Assembly: GCA_012295275.1 (NCBI GenBank)
Contig: CM022665.1
Span: 36,084,001-36,148,000 of the forward strand
DNA: 64,000 nt
Reading direction: 5' to 3'
Source of the DNA: Chrysomallon squamiferum
Lineage: Eukaryota > Animalia > Mollusca
In this document: positions 16,261 through 30,775 of the stretch, piece after piece
How positions within the stretch are numbered: position 1 is the first letter of the stretch
How the letters are laid out: every line of letters starts with the position of its first letter
Notes under the pieces: model-generated
Databases searched by the model: none
Told to the model about the DNA's origin: nothing
What the model saw: the letters and a program-made list of their open reading frames with translations, nothing else
Program-made: the position numbers and the translations under genes

Positions 16261-16959
16261 AAAAAAAAACACCAATTAAATTAATTTTTGCAAAATAAAT
16301 AAATAAATAAATAAATATTACTACAGTCTCTATAATGACAATGGATAGCGCATGCGTAACCTGTACAGATTCGGAAATTGAAATAATAGCCATCATTTCT
16401 GTCAGTTGACCTACTTAGGGTAATAATTTTCTATCTCACGCTGTCAGTTAGACGATTTAACATGTGATATTTCCGATTTTTGTCAGATTATGTTGTTTTT
16501 TTCAGTATTTCTTTATTTTTTTAGTTGTAATTATTATTATTATACTCGTGCAATGAGAATAAATTAACAAATTTATACATAAATTATTAATAAGAAAGAA
16601 ACAATAATATAGTAAAATATACACCGAAGAATCAGTAACAATATTTGCCACCAAAATCCATTAGGCTAGTCATTTCTTTGGTTTAATATCTGAAATAGTT
16701 TGACAAATTAATAATGAATGTGTTTCATCCATAAGCTTCTTGTGTCTAAATCCGTGAGTAAATATTTTCCATTACGACTTACAACCGCAACAGTCTGGTA
16801 AAGGCGAGTGAGGAGATAACATAAAAAAAAGTGTTTGATGAATTAGATATTTATTGACTCCAGTATCTGTTTTCATTTTATTAGCAAGGTATTGGGGTTA
16901 AGGAAAAACTGTGTAAAAACAGTTCGATACAATAAAATGCAATGTACAGTGTATTATTT

Positions 16960-17475
16960 TACAGATCAGTACGTTACATTACATTTCATTACAGTACAAT
17001 ACAATACATAACAATACTTTATATAATACAGCAATACAGTGGATTACAGTCTAATACATTATACTACAGTACAATACAATACATTACATTACAGTGCAAT
17101 GCAGTATAGAACAATACATTATATTACAATGGAATTCTATACATTACATTATAGTGCAATACAATACAGAACGATACAAAATATTAACGCAAAGTACAGC
17201 ACAGTGTAATAATACATTACATTACAATTCATTATAATACATTACATTATAGTACAATAGAATAGAACACAATGCAGTGCAATACACAACACAATACAGA
17301 ACACAACAAAACACAATATATTGCAGTATAATACACTACAATACATTATAATAAACATTTTTGCGTCGCTAATCAAACTTAAGAGCGCTAATCAAATATT
17401 ATACAATACATGTACAATACGATAACAATCGATATAATAAAATTCAGGACAGTACAATACAATACAATACAATAC
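16960..17475. repeat. Degenerate pentanucleotide satellite (ACAAT/ACATT/ACAGT)n
   Basis: Repeating tacaa/tacat/tacag 5-mers over ~500 bp. Confidence 0.85.
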
Positions 17476-17661
17476 GTCGCTCATAACACAACTATTGAAA
17501 CTGAATCAATAAACTAATTACTGCGTCTGTTGCTGCTGTTATTACTAGTATTACTATAATACTAACTTTACTCTCTCTACTCTATTATTAATACTAACAC
17601 AACGGATAACATGAAAAAAATATATAAAAGTGACTTTATGGTATACATACTATTAAATTAA

Positions 17662-17722
<61 letters not shown>

Positions 17723-18087
17723 CCGATACCAATCATTTATTTATTTATTTAATATTTATTTAGATATTAATTTAGTATTTATTTATTTAACTTTTTATTT
17801 GTTTATCTGTTTGTTTCATCATTTGTTTGTTTACTTATTATTATTATTATTATTATTATTATTTTTATTTATTTACTTCTTTTTTCTTTTTTCTTTATTT
17901 ATTTTTTTGTACTATTATTACTTTATTAAATATCATTGGTTTTTTTGTTTGGTTTTTTGGTCTTTGTTTTGCTTTTTTATTAATTATTTTTTCTTTCATT
18001 CAATCAGTCAGTTATTCATTCTTTTCCTTTCTATAGTCTTGTCTAACTTCATTTCAATGACGATATTTCAGTCGTGAATGTTTATCT

Positions 18088-18220
18088 CAGAAATCTAATC
18101 AAAACAGTAACGTCCCTTGACAGTCCGCTGGTAAATAATTATATTTAGAGAAATAAGCTTTGCCGCTGAAGGACATTCCTGACGCCAACGCCGTAGAAAG
18201 AACAGAATTACTTCCAGTGG
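18088..18220 (+). repeat. Dispersed repeat, copy 1 (atctaatcaaaa...cccttgaca family)
   Basis: Aligns by eye over ~130 bp with 19420-19545 (cagaaatctaatcaaaa, gtcccttgaca, tggtaaat, atatttagaga, acgccaa, tagaaa). Confidence 0.8.
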
Positions 18221-18411
18221 TGTGGCTTTTGGTTCAGTGGTTAGAACACAGGTGTACGTACGGGGCGGTACGGATAAATAACCAAATACATTTAGCATAA
18301 TTCCATGTGATCGGTGTGTTCGTTATAGGTGACCAGTTTGTGCTCATGATAAAGTCAGTCGATGAAGTAACAATTTCGCAAGAAGCAAGTAACAGTATTT
18401 ATTTATTTATT

Positions 18412-18447
<36 letters not shown>

Positions 18448-18925
18448 TTTTTTTTTTTTTAAGAAGCTTGTTCTATTTAATTTTCTATTTATGTTAATTA
18501 TTTATTCATTTATTATTACTTTTTTAAATTTTAAGCTTTTTGTTGTTGTTGTGGTAAGTTTTTGTGTATGCAGTGACGCCAGGACAAATGGGAAATTTCT
18601 CCATGCAATCTGAAGAGCTTGTTATTTTAACCTTATACTCTCTTTTTCTTCATATTGCTACTGTTGTTCTTGTTGTTGTTGTTATATTAAATTTTCATAA
18701 TAATAACTGATAAAGAAACGCAAATACAATAAGTATATAATATATAGAACTTTTTTCTTCTAAAAGTCTTATATCCGGACGTTCACTGAACTATTAGTCA
18801 GATCAAGGGATTATTATTGACAATGATGCTATCATTACATTATTATTTAAAACCAAAATTCTTTCAACCATATGTTATTTTATAAATCATTAATCTTCCT
18901 GAAATCAACACGTTTAATCACCTCT

Positions 18926-19010
18926 GCTGATCTGTGCAGCTTAGATCACTGGATTAAATCTCACATCAAGTAATCAGAGGTCGAAGGATCAAATCTCGCC
19001 TGAGACACAG
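18926..19010 (+). mobile_element. Possible decayed tRNA-derived SINE head
   Basis: ttagatcactggatt...taatcagaggtcgaaGGATCAAATCTcgcc resembles tRNA D-arm to T-arm text, with a B-box-like motif at 18986-18996. No intact cloverleaf. Confidence 0.35.
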
Positions 19011-19122
19011 TTGGAATAAATACTTTACTGTTTAATTCCGATCACTTGTCTTACAAAGGAAATGATATTGGTGTTGCTATTACTACTACTAATAGTATTC
19101 TTCTTCTTCTACGTTTTTATTT

Positions 19123-19162
<40 letters not shown>

Positions 19163-19419
19163 TGTTGTTGATGAATATTAACATAATGTTATTGTCGACC
19201 TTGTCATATAATTAATTTAGATATTGTTATTTAAATTACTATTATTATTTTCATTCTTGTGCTATATTAAAGATATAGTTGCTTTTTACATCATTTTTGG
19301 TGTTTCATAATTCATATAAGAAAGGCTAAATAACATTTATCATTAAAATTTTGTATTCATGTGATGAAACTTTAATTAAACATCGGTCTCTCTGTGTTTC
19401 TCTCCATTCATTCTTACCA

Positions 19420-19545
19420 CAGAAATCTAATCAAAAGTGTAAGTCCCTTGACAATCCATGGTAAATATATTTAGAGAGATCTGCTTCATTTGAGAAACCC
19501 AATGCTAACGCCAAAGCCTTAGAAAATGTAGAATTTTATCCATTG
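19420..19545 (+). repeat. Dispersed repeat, copy 2
   Basis: Same-orientation diverged copy of 18088-18220; shorter relatives at ~20703-20727 and ~55712-55767. Confidence 0.8.
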
Positions 19546-21581
19546 TCGATATCTGAGATCTATGTATTCCCGAAACACCTAGTCCTGGACAAGAGAAAAT
19601 CGTTCTGTGAGTACAGCGAATCCTCAGTCTAACGAACTGTTTATACAACTTAGGAAGCAGCAATTTAAGTGAGCTAGTTTTCTGTACATAGGGAAATAAT
19701 CAGTCAGACAGACAAAGAAACATACACAAGCGCACATGCGTATGTAGCTAAATGGATGGATGTTTATTCATCCATCGGTCGATCCATCCATCCGTACCTC
19801 CGCTCATACATCAATTATCCATCCATTAACACATCTAGCTGTGAGACTGTGTATCTATCTCTCTGTGTGTTCACCCGTCCGTCTGTCGTCAGTCTGTGCG
19901 TGTGTCAGTCAATATATTCTTAGCTGTATTGTGTTCAATAGTTCTCTGGCTATTATCAGGTCACTTTAGAATGGAAATGAAATTACTTTACAGTGTTTCT
20001 GTCTCTCTTCCTCTCCTCCTTCCTCTCTCTGACTCTGTCTCTCTGCTTCCCTCTCACTGCCTCACCTCAGTTATATCTACCCGCCTCTCTCTCTCTTCTT
20101 TTGTTTTCAGTGTTGTATTATATGTGTGTATCTTGTGTGCAAAAATGAACCATCTACCACTCTGCATTCTTCTTCATTTATTGCTATTATCATTTTCATT
20201 ACATCACCTCGAGGACTGGAGGACATTAGGCATTAACGGATACATTCCTCTCAATTACTCACATAATTCGAGCGTTCACGGTATTAGATTTTCTAATTAT
20301 TGATCATCGGATTTGTGCAGACGAAGCTGGGTTCCTGCGTAAATGTAATCGTGGACAAATAGTTTATCTGCCTTCTTGGGAAAAAAAATGTTCTGACGAA
20401 ATCAAATTATATACTGTAGCCATATGCCAGGCTATCTGTTGGAAGCATATTAATAATTACCCACACCTTATATATATTATAACCATAGCTGTACTTGAAT
20501 TCAATGAAGGAAGCAGAACATTAAATATGCATGTTGTTCGAATATAAAATGAGATTTGCATTAAATACGTTATATTTAGTAAAATTAGATAAAAATAAAA
20601 GACACTTAGGTATTATATGTGAAGTTTAACCGCTCGAGAGATTTCAGCTTTCTTACGCGAATGCTGCAAGAATACGTTATTGTGTGCCCCAGGTACCAGC
20701 ATTTCTCTGTGTTATAATCTAATCAAAGTAACTGTTATAGATTTTACGTTTCTGTTGTCTCAAGGGGAACGTTCCCTGTGTTCCATTTATTACTGGCAGA
20801 ACTGTACTTAAAAATATAACGTACTCAGAAGAGAAAGAAAACAGAACGAGAGCAACAAAGTAACCAAAATAATACGAAATTGAAAAAAAAAAAAAAAAAA
20901 TAATAATAATTCGGCGAGTTATTTCCCTTTGGTACGTACGATTAAAGAGCTGTAAGTGCTAGCGATTTAAAATCTTTAAAAATAGAATCATTTTATATAC
21001 AGTAAGTATTGTTTATTATTTTATGTAGACTTCACAGCCTTGTATGTAGAATATTTAGCCCAGTAAAGTCTCTGCAATACGAAGTTATTTTAGGCACACA
21101 AATTATCCACTTTCTTCTGTCTGTCTTCAGCTTTGTACTTTTCGGGAGATCTTCACTCAATTCTACAGCTTGATTGTTTATTATTAGCGCGTCTGTCCGC
21201 AAATATCACACCACCAATTCTACATGTCATTTAGAAAAGAAAAAAAAAAAAAAAAAAAAGAAGAAAAATCAATCAATCAATCTTTGAAACAGTCCACATA
21301 ATGAAATCTTCTTTGTTGCGCCTATGATATTATAATGGCTCTCAAAGATTTTCCTTTTTGGTCATGTTTCCGTTAATTACCTGATATGATGTTTTGTTAA
21401 GGAATATAAATTCATAATTAGATCTCTATCAAGAAACTATGATTACTTGTAATACAGGTTTTAGTTTATTTGATTGTAGCACATGGCTCTATACATAACG
21501 TTATTACCAAGATTAATTATTATTTCTTTGTGTTTTTAAATTTTATTATGAAGAGAAAATTCACAACACACATACACACTA

Positions 21582-21682
<101 letters not shown>

Positions 21683-23232
21683 TTGTAGTCTGGAAACCTG
21701 AAAGAACCTTATGAAGACAAAAGTATTTCGTTAATATTATCTTAAGTCTATGGATTTGCTTCTTATCTGAACAGTTCATTACAGCTGGTCTACGAAAAAT
21801 CAGATGTGTATTTTTCTTTTTTACTATTGCCGTTTGAAATTATTCCGTAAATGAGGCTGCGGTTTTTCTCCTTCAACATTATAATGAAATCATGTGTTTT
21901 ATTTATTCAGTGAAAGTCACAAAATATTAATATGTTCAGATGCCTGGGGAAAAATGGTCTTTTTTATTTTCTTCAAATTCTCATCAGGCCAAATGGGGTT
22001 GTAAGAAATAAATAAAATTAAGTAGAAAAATAACATAACGTTGCGGATGAAAATGGTGAAATGAATACACAAACACGGAAACTAATCTAATTAAATTTTC
22101 TTTACGACTTGCAAACGACTCTCTATGGTCGCAGTATTTTCAGAATTTCATTCATCATACACAGAATAAAACGAAGTGGAATCGTTAAATCTTTTTATTG
22201 TTTTCTATTTGAAATAAATGGTTTGTCGTTAACAAACTTAAAAACATTAAGTTCCAAATCTTGAGGAAAACAGAATATACTAATGTATACGTTGATGAAT
22301 TCACACATTTAAAAATTATCGCGCATCATTTGGATCATCGCCTTTGAAATAATAATTCACCAATTTAGGCTGTATTCAGTATTGACCGTTCAGTTTTCAT
22401 TAATAACGAACTATAACAGTAATGGAGTACAATTAAAAATAGCAGGTTTCATTGTTTAGTAAAATGTCACATGACAACAAAACATCAGCTAATACATTAT
22501 TTACATAAACCATATTTATCCAGCCTAATTAGGGAGATCAGACACATAAAACATATTATAAAATAATAACGTGTAAATACCAATTATTATTTTTTTAAAT
22601 GAATCATTCGTACCGCTACATGTACATTTTAAATATTTACGTGCGTTTGTAACTTAGTGTGTATGCATGTATCAGAGAGACAGAGACAAAAAGAAAGAGA
22701 AATTTATCGATCTTCTGACGCGGCGGGTCGATCCTGCGTCTCACCTCATCTCATCAGGTCAATGCCTCTCTAATATTACTCCCACACAAATCTGCAGAGT
22801 CAATATTTTATAATCCCTCGGCTTCCAGTTTGACAGCGACAGGACGAGAAGAAATACGCCAACCCTTAATCCACGTTAGTCTCGCAAATACTGGAGGTGA
22901 ATAATTGCTAGAATAAAGAAGCCCAACGAATCTGCTTCCTAATTGTTTCTAATGGCATTTCGTGTCTCCTTAGAATACACATCGGTTAGTTCTCAATAAT
23001 ATATGACGTACTATTACGTAATGAGAATACCTCACGCAATGCTGTGACATATGTGTCGGCGTTATGGGGAGAGTTACGTAGATTCTCTTGCTATTTTGTG
23101 TTAATCAATATCAGATTTGCTTGTTATTGAAAATAAGCAAAGCGTATACTGCTGAGAAAAAGGAATAAGGAGTTGCTGGGTTTGCAATTACAAAATAGTA
23201 ATAACGACATTATTAATAATATTACAGCAGCG

Positions 23233-23271
<39 letters not shown>

Positions 23272-24430
23272 CCACCGCAGTATTAACACAAAAAACTATA
23301 ACAACGACTACACCATCATCAAGATAAAAAACAACAACAATGATAAAAAGAACAATAAGAACAATAATGTTAACAACAGCAACAGCAATTCTAAAGGTGC
23401 TGCTGCTGCTGCTACTACTACTACTACTTTACTCCTGCAACGATATTATTAAAAATAAACTCCTGCAGCCTTACTGTATAAACTGTATTTGAAATATGAA
23501 TAGAATTTGTATTTAATCTTAGATTTTGTCTTAGATTATATCCTTATACTCCAAAAATTTCGAAATCCAATAATAATAATAACAAAGGTAACTAAACAGC
23601 AACAATACCGTCACAACTATCAGCAACTCAAAACATACAAATTTACATCATTTTAGAATATGCAGTTTACAACAACTGAAAGCATGCACTTACAACAATG
23701 TATTTCAAAAATGCATCGAATTACGCGCCATTCTGAGCCGTTCTGATCTGTATGAAACTCTTTAATGGTCATATATTGAAATGTTACATGTTATGAAGAC
23801 GGTTAAAGTACATTTTCTAATTAAACATCCTTCCGTGCACTACTGTGAATGTTGGTTACAAGACATTTTAAATTTTAATTTTTGTAGTGCAAAGCGGCTA
23901 AGAGACACAGGTAGTTCAATAATTCACACAGTAAACGAAAGGTTACGAGAAAAAGAAATAACTTTCTTGAATCATGCTGCACTGATAGAAAAGGTATTAA
24001 ACCACTGTACGATTTCTTCACCCGAACTAATTTTTACGCACATAATCTAGTGTTGTACAAGTAGACTAACCTTCTGAATTCTTATGCAAGACAAAATAAC
24101 ATGATTTTAAATAACTAATATTTACACGTTATGTGCTTCCCATTTTTTTAAATTAACTTTTTACTAATATGTTAAATGTTTGTTGTTTTTTGTGTTTTTT
24201 TTATGTGATTGAAGAAAGAGGTTACCTAAATATTCCAGATTATACTTATAATTTCTACTAGTAAACTACTTTTTTTTTAATAATAAAGTTTGACAATAAT
24301 AACTGAGAGAACAGACAACTTAAATGCATTGTATATACTTACAGAAAAATGTTTTATATCCTTATGGCTAACAATAAAGGAGATGCGCAAACACATGACT
24401 GCAAAATATAATTATTTGGAAAGATACTAA

Positions 24431-24479
<49 letters not shown>

Positions 24480-24846
24480 ATTGGTTATTATTTGAAATAT
24501 CTCATACATACTTTAAATTCACACACAGAAACTGAACGGCAGCGATACAGCTTTAGAAAAAAAATCTAAATACAAATATTCATAAACACCCTGACACGTA
24601 TTACTTCCACGTAAATCACACGTGTGAGATTCATTAAGAAACTATAACAATCAATTTTTGGTGACAAAAATGACTATTTCTCGTACGTAAGTTCAGCTGC
24701 GTATACTGCAACAAGTATGACAATAACAAATGCCAGTTAATAATTATCGATTGGAAACCGACTACGAAGCTGGCCCAACGAAAGACGACCCGCCAGTTCG
24801 GTGATGACGCTGTCTGAACTGAAAGCTTACGGAATACCACAAAAAC

Positions 24847-24894
24847 ATGGACTCTAAGAGCAAGAGAACGTCCAAGCTCTGCCCAGAATCTCCG
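24847..24894 (+). CDS. Candidate alternative first coding exon of synaptotagmin (MDSKSKRTSKLCPESP)
   Basis: AAAAAC-ATG-G start context, 16 codons, donor CCG|GTAGGT at 24895 (phase 0, compatible with exon starts at 35228 and 38103), within a CpG-rich patch. No homology or transcript support. Confidence 0.35.
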
Positions 24895-27559
24895 GTAGGT
24901 TGACTAGTTGTTGCTTAGCTAATTTTTGCTTTCTTGGTTTAGCAGATTGCACTTTTTAAAAAAGAAAAATTGTTTAATAATACAGACACGCGGAGAGTAC
25001 GAACGCAAACCGCAGACAGCCTGCACATTGCGAGTGTGTGTACAAGTATGTTTATGCCACTCGAAACAGCTGTTGCTAAAATTATTATGTATTCTGTATT
25101 TTTGAAGGTTATTTAGTCTGTAAAATACAGAGTACAGAACTTCATTCTTCGTGTTTTTGCATATATTACGTTCTTAAGTTTTCTCATCAATCGCGAATGC
25201 TAATTTTTGTTTTTATCTGAGCTTAATTAGATATATTTTAAACGTGCGGTTTACAACGTATTACTCATAGCAACAGGTGTCTCTGTTTCACGTGACATAT
25301 TACTGCAGGTTTGTGTTTTATGATTACAAACAGTATGGGGTCAGCTACTGAAAGCTATATTTTGACCTCAAACAAACAAACCAACAAAAAAAAAAAAAAA
25401 AAATGTGTTTTAGAGACCATTTTTTGTCTCGCTCGCTCGCTGGCAGAAACAGATAATATAAACATTTATTTATTTAACACTGAAAATACCTTAAATTAAC
25501 GACTATCTAGAGTTAAACATATGTTTCTGTATAAAGAAGAAGCCTCGTGTCTTTATTATGTTATCTATTCTTACGGATGTTTTATATGTACCTTTCCACA
25601 AAGAGGACAGATTTTGATGAAAAACTAGCAACAGACGCGAACTGTTATTAAAGTATTTATGGAGTTAGTTGGTGAGGTAAATGTTCAAAGTTGGCTTTAT
25701 CACACATTTGTGTACTTCTTATTTAAACATGTCTTTATTCTGTTTATTGGGTTTTTTATTTGAGTCACAGTGCAGTTGAATAAATGCTGCTACAAAATGT
25801 ATAAAAAACGAAAGTAAGGTTAAAAAATTAATAATAATAAAAATAAAGAAATTCTCGATAATACTCGTAACGTACTAAGCTAACAATAAATTACTAATCC
25901 GATTACGTGCGAACTCCAAAATCTATAGCTCAACATCTGTTACTTGAAGCGTGCGTTTACGGCACGTGACACGAAATATCCGCATTTACGGACATGCGTG
26001 ATCAATACTATAAAAACAATAATGGACGAAGACGCCGGTTTCGTCACTCCACGTGAACAAAACGTGCCTTTCCGAGCCAAATTTCCAGCAGCTCACAAAT
26101 CACCAAAATTTGAAGCTGTGTATTTAATGACTAAAAGCAATCGGCGAGTTGTCATCTGCACATTTTACAATATTAAGCGACATCGAGTAATCGGGGAAAT
26201 TAATTTACGTCGCCCTCCATCCCTTCGACCTTGAACTCTACAAATAACAACGGAACGGCAACATCACCCAGCAACCGCGAGGTTATCGCATCTTTCGATA
26301 CTTGTCATTAGCAGCAATGATAAGAGATGCCATACGACGGAAACACAGTGTTAACGGTTTGAGAGGTTACATCCGCCGTCTTAACAAACGTCGAATCAAT
26401 ATATGACACAAAAATAAAATGGCAATTAAAAGTTCTCACGTTTGACCATAACGGGTCTCAGTGGTGAAACCAAAGGCCTTAAGTCTTGTACAGCAGTCCT
26501 GCTGAGAACTCATTCCACACCGGGTTCTGTCCAAAGTTAATTGGACCTGTCTTGGTCTTGATGTCACCTTTTCTCCAAAACTAATCTTCAGAAACATTAA
26601 CATAACTTTGGCTTACGCAAACAGCTTGGGTGCCTGACATGTTTAAAAGTTTTCAAATACGTCTATTTAATTGTAAGCCTCTTTTTTGGTGAAGGTCGTT
26701 GGACATTCTTGTACACGCTTCAACTGAATATTCAGTTATAATGTAATGAATTACCACACTCCCAAATTCTAACTAATTTTCTAATGAAATGAATACTGTC
26801 TAGATCAGACAGCCGACATAGTTCATTCTGAATAAAATACTTGAAAGGTTTTGCAATCCATCTATATAATAACAAATCTGGATACATTTTTATCGTACAC
26901 AGAACACTGAAAATAATCCTCGTTAATATGTGATTTTTTTTTTGATTTTTTTTTTAAACTGCAAAATTTAAAAATTCAAACATACATCCATTTATGAGCA
27001 CATAAAATGATACACACTCTAGAAGTTATTTTCCGACACATACAGACACATGCATACAAAGTCTGACAGACAGAAAGATGCACACATAGACAGGAAAGAG
27101 AAAAAATATATGTATGTATATAATACACACGCGCGCACGCACGCACATACACATCAACAGATTGAAGCACATATTATATATGTTAATATTGTATTTTCTG
27201 TGCAAGCTGGTTTTCTTCTTTTTATATACTCTTTGGTATGTATCAGTAACGACGAAAATACGACAGACATAAAACATCGCATTGTAAATTGTATTCAGAT
27301 GTGAAGAGAATACCCCTTATCTCTCACTCTCATTACCAACACAGACACGCGACTGGCTTAAATCTAATTTTAAAGACAAGGACTGGTTTAGGAAGCCTTT
27401 GAATAGTAGTGATATTAAGAAGAGCCTTTTTCAACTGAAAATTTCAGAGTGGACGCTAATTAAAGTTACTCTGTTAGAAAATGTGAAAAAAACGAAGTAG
27501 AAAACTCGGCGCGCACAAGAACTTGCATGTAATGTAATTTATTGCGTATTATTTTATTA

Positions 27560-27850
27560 CTTGAAATATTTGTTAACTCGAAGGATTTAAAGTGTCTGTT
27601 GAAATTAATAATAAAGATGTTAATTTATATATAGCTTATCACATGTGAAATATTTGTTAATTTGATGAATTTAATACCTTTCTGATACAAGTAAATAGTG
27701 AAGATTTTAATACCATACATTTCATAATGTGTTACATTATCACGTGAAAAATAATTTTGTTTGCTGGAAGGATTTAATGTGTTTGTGATAATGATAATGA
27801 AGACTTTAATTTATATAATTTATTTTAATTAAAATATTTGTTCACTTAAT
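27560..27850. repeat. Degenerate ~85-bp tandem repeat, 3-4 copies
   Basis: tgaaatatttgttaa at 27562 and 27646, with related text at ~27745 and ~27830; aaggatttaa and aagat..taat recur. Confidence 0.65.
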
Positions 27851-27953
27851 ATATATATATCTGATGAAACTGTAAAGATCTGTGTCTTTAATAACGTAGT
27901 ATTATAATTAGTGCATGTATTTTTGTATATTTAATATACATAATGATGATAAG

Positions 27954-28050
27954 AATAAATACTGATTATTTGTACCATTAATAGCTTATTGTAATTAATT
28001 GTAAATAAATACTGATTATCTGTACAATTAATAACATATTATAATTCATA
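27954..28050. repeat. 50-bp tandem duplication
   Basis: aataaatactgattat.tgtac.attaata at 27954 and 28004. Confidence 0.8.
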
Positions 28051-29697
28051 TTGAATTCTACCATCCATGCATACATCCATTTAATAAAACACCCGCGCGA
28101 ACGCACGCATACACATATAGATACACCAAATACACATACACACGGTCATATAAATATACAAATAACCATATACAAAATATGGGCGCCGCACACGCACACT
28201 CACCTATACATATCCATTTTAACAATGCAACATTATCCTCTACTGCGCTCTTACGTCATCATACTTTTATAATACATAACTGCCTGTTACCATGTAATTC
28301 TAGAAAACATCGCATGCCATTATTTGCAAGATTTCACTTGTAACTTTGGACAAAGGCGTATTAATGTATAAAATATATGTTTGTGTACATTCAAACAGAC
28401 AGGAGAATGAACATTTTTAATGTAATGTAATATGTTACATATTTTATTAAAAATAAATTTTTAAAACAATCTTTTAAATATTGGAAAACAAAATAGAAAT
28501 CTTCACTGAATTACTAAAACCAAATCTTAACTTTACAGATCATTAATATTCAACGGCAGTCATTCCTTAAAATGTGCATACATCGTAAAAACAACCTTGC
28601 TGCTAATCGGTAAAATATGCCAGTGGCAAAGAGTTACTTTTTTTATATTATCATTAATAAAATAAATAAATAAATAAACAAAAATTACAATAATAATAAT
28701 AGAAATAAACAACGGAAGAAAAAAATACACAACAACAAAAAACCCCACAAAAAAAAACAACAACAAAAAAAAACAAAAAAACCAGCAACAAAACAGAAAC
28801 AAAAACAAAACAGCAACATATGTTTGACATCAAACTGTGTAAAAATATGTTTATGCGTCGCTAACGATTCTTTCATTCATTTTATTCATTCAGTCATTCG
28901 TTTATCATTTCATTTTATTGATCAGTTCCGTAAAAAGAGAAATAATTTACAAAAGATAGTATCACCACCACAAGCACCATCATCACCACCACCACCACCA
29001 GCAACACCAGCAACACATGGGACCACTTCTGCAATGATAATCTGATGGCCATGACCTGTGAAGAGATCAGCATGTCGCTCGAAAAGAGTTGACAAACAGC
29101 GCACTGGTCACCGTAATCCGAGACCAAACAGTCCCATTAAAGACGTTCTGGCCCATGATAACAGATTAAGACGGAAGGATAAGCGAATATTTTCTTCTCA
29201 CAATACATTTATCAATATAATTAGGACTATTTTCGTCGTTGTTTACCATGTATTACGTTGCAGTAAAACGATATTTCATGTACTCAAAGAGGCGGTTTTT
29301 CTCGATTGTCCAAAATAATGTATTGTTGATGACATCTGCGCGAAGGTGATCGATAGAGAATGTTATTTTTAACGTGCATGATAAATATTTATAAACTTAT
29401 ATAGGTGTTTGTGCGATACTGTATTAACACTGTTGTGTTTATTTGATATGTGATGTGTAAAAAATACGATAATATAAATAAACATTTAAAAAAAAACAGT
29501 TGTTGTAACTTCAGTAAACTGGAAAAATAGGAAAACGAAAATCGAGCGAGTTGAGAAAAAAAAAATGTGTTAATAAACAAAGTGGAAAACAACAAGAAAA
29601 CCTACAATAAGAAACCATTTCGTAAATGCAACCAGTTAAGAAAGCCAAGAAAGCAAAAAAGACCAAAAAAAGAGAAAATGTAATCAATCAATCAATA

Positions 29698-29728
<31 letters not shown>

Positions 29729-29733
29729 AATAA

Positions 29734-29772
<39 letters not shown>

Positions 29773-30724
29773 CATAAAAAAAATAGTAATAATAATAATA
29801 AATAAATAAAAAAAAAAAAAATCATGACATTATAACGAAGATGTAAAGTGATTAAAATGAGTTTTCAAAACCGTGTGAATGCCCAGGCTGTATTCGCTTA
29901 AAAATAAATTAAATACATAAGCTAAATATAATATTTAATTTAATAAATAAAACATAGGAGCATAATATATTATTTAATTTAATAAACAGAATAGACAATG
30001 TTATAGCTTAATGGTTAACTCAAAAATAAAATATATAAACATAACATACTATTTAATTTTGCCTTGAAGAAACTTGACAAAGGTTGACATGCCCTTTTAG
30101 CATATTAAAAATCTGAAAATGTAAAAAAAAAAAAAAAAAAAAAATCTTTGTAGCAGCGTTCCACGTTATGCAGTAATAAATAATTATAGTAGTAAATGAA
30201 TTATTTTACCAAGAAAAAAATACTCGACAAAGGATGAGTAATAAATCAACTCAGTCAGTTTACAGAAACTGATAATAACACGTAATAAAATTACGAAATA
30301 ACACAGCTATGCGCATATTCCAAGCGTTCCGATTTACGTAGGCTTAATACTTTGTAATAAAGAAACAAAATAATTCTGAATATAAAGTAAAACTTAGCAA
30401 AGCATAAAGAATGAATACCCCATCAGTAAATAAATTAACTATAAAAAAATATGTAACCTGAGAATTTTTGTGCTATCATCAGCTTTATGCTAACGTAATA
30501 AAATCAATCAATCAATCAATATTTTAACCAACCAGTCAATCAGTCAGCCTATCGATCGATCAATCATTAAAATCTACATGTTAAAGCCTTCCCTTGGAAA
30601 CCAATTAGGTACTAATAATGGCAGATGAAAATAATGAATGCAAGCGAATAGCTCATTAAAAATAATTTATAAATTATCCTAACTTGTTATAAATTCAGGT
30701 TTACAAGTATGGATATGAGGTAAA

Positions 30725-30775
<51 letters not shown>

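Noticed and set aside
18926-19010. Functional tRNA gene
   Set aside because: B box is degenerate and no acceptor stem or cloverleaf forms; at most a SINE relic.
26722-26737. 16-bp perfect palindrome aactgaatattcagtt
   Set aside because: Isolated and AT-rich, with no supporting context.
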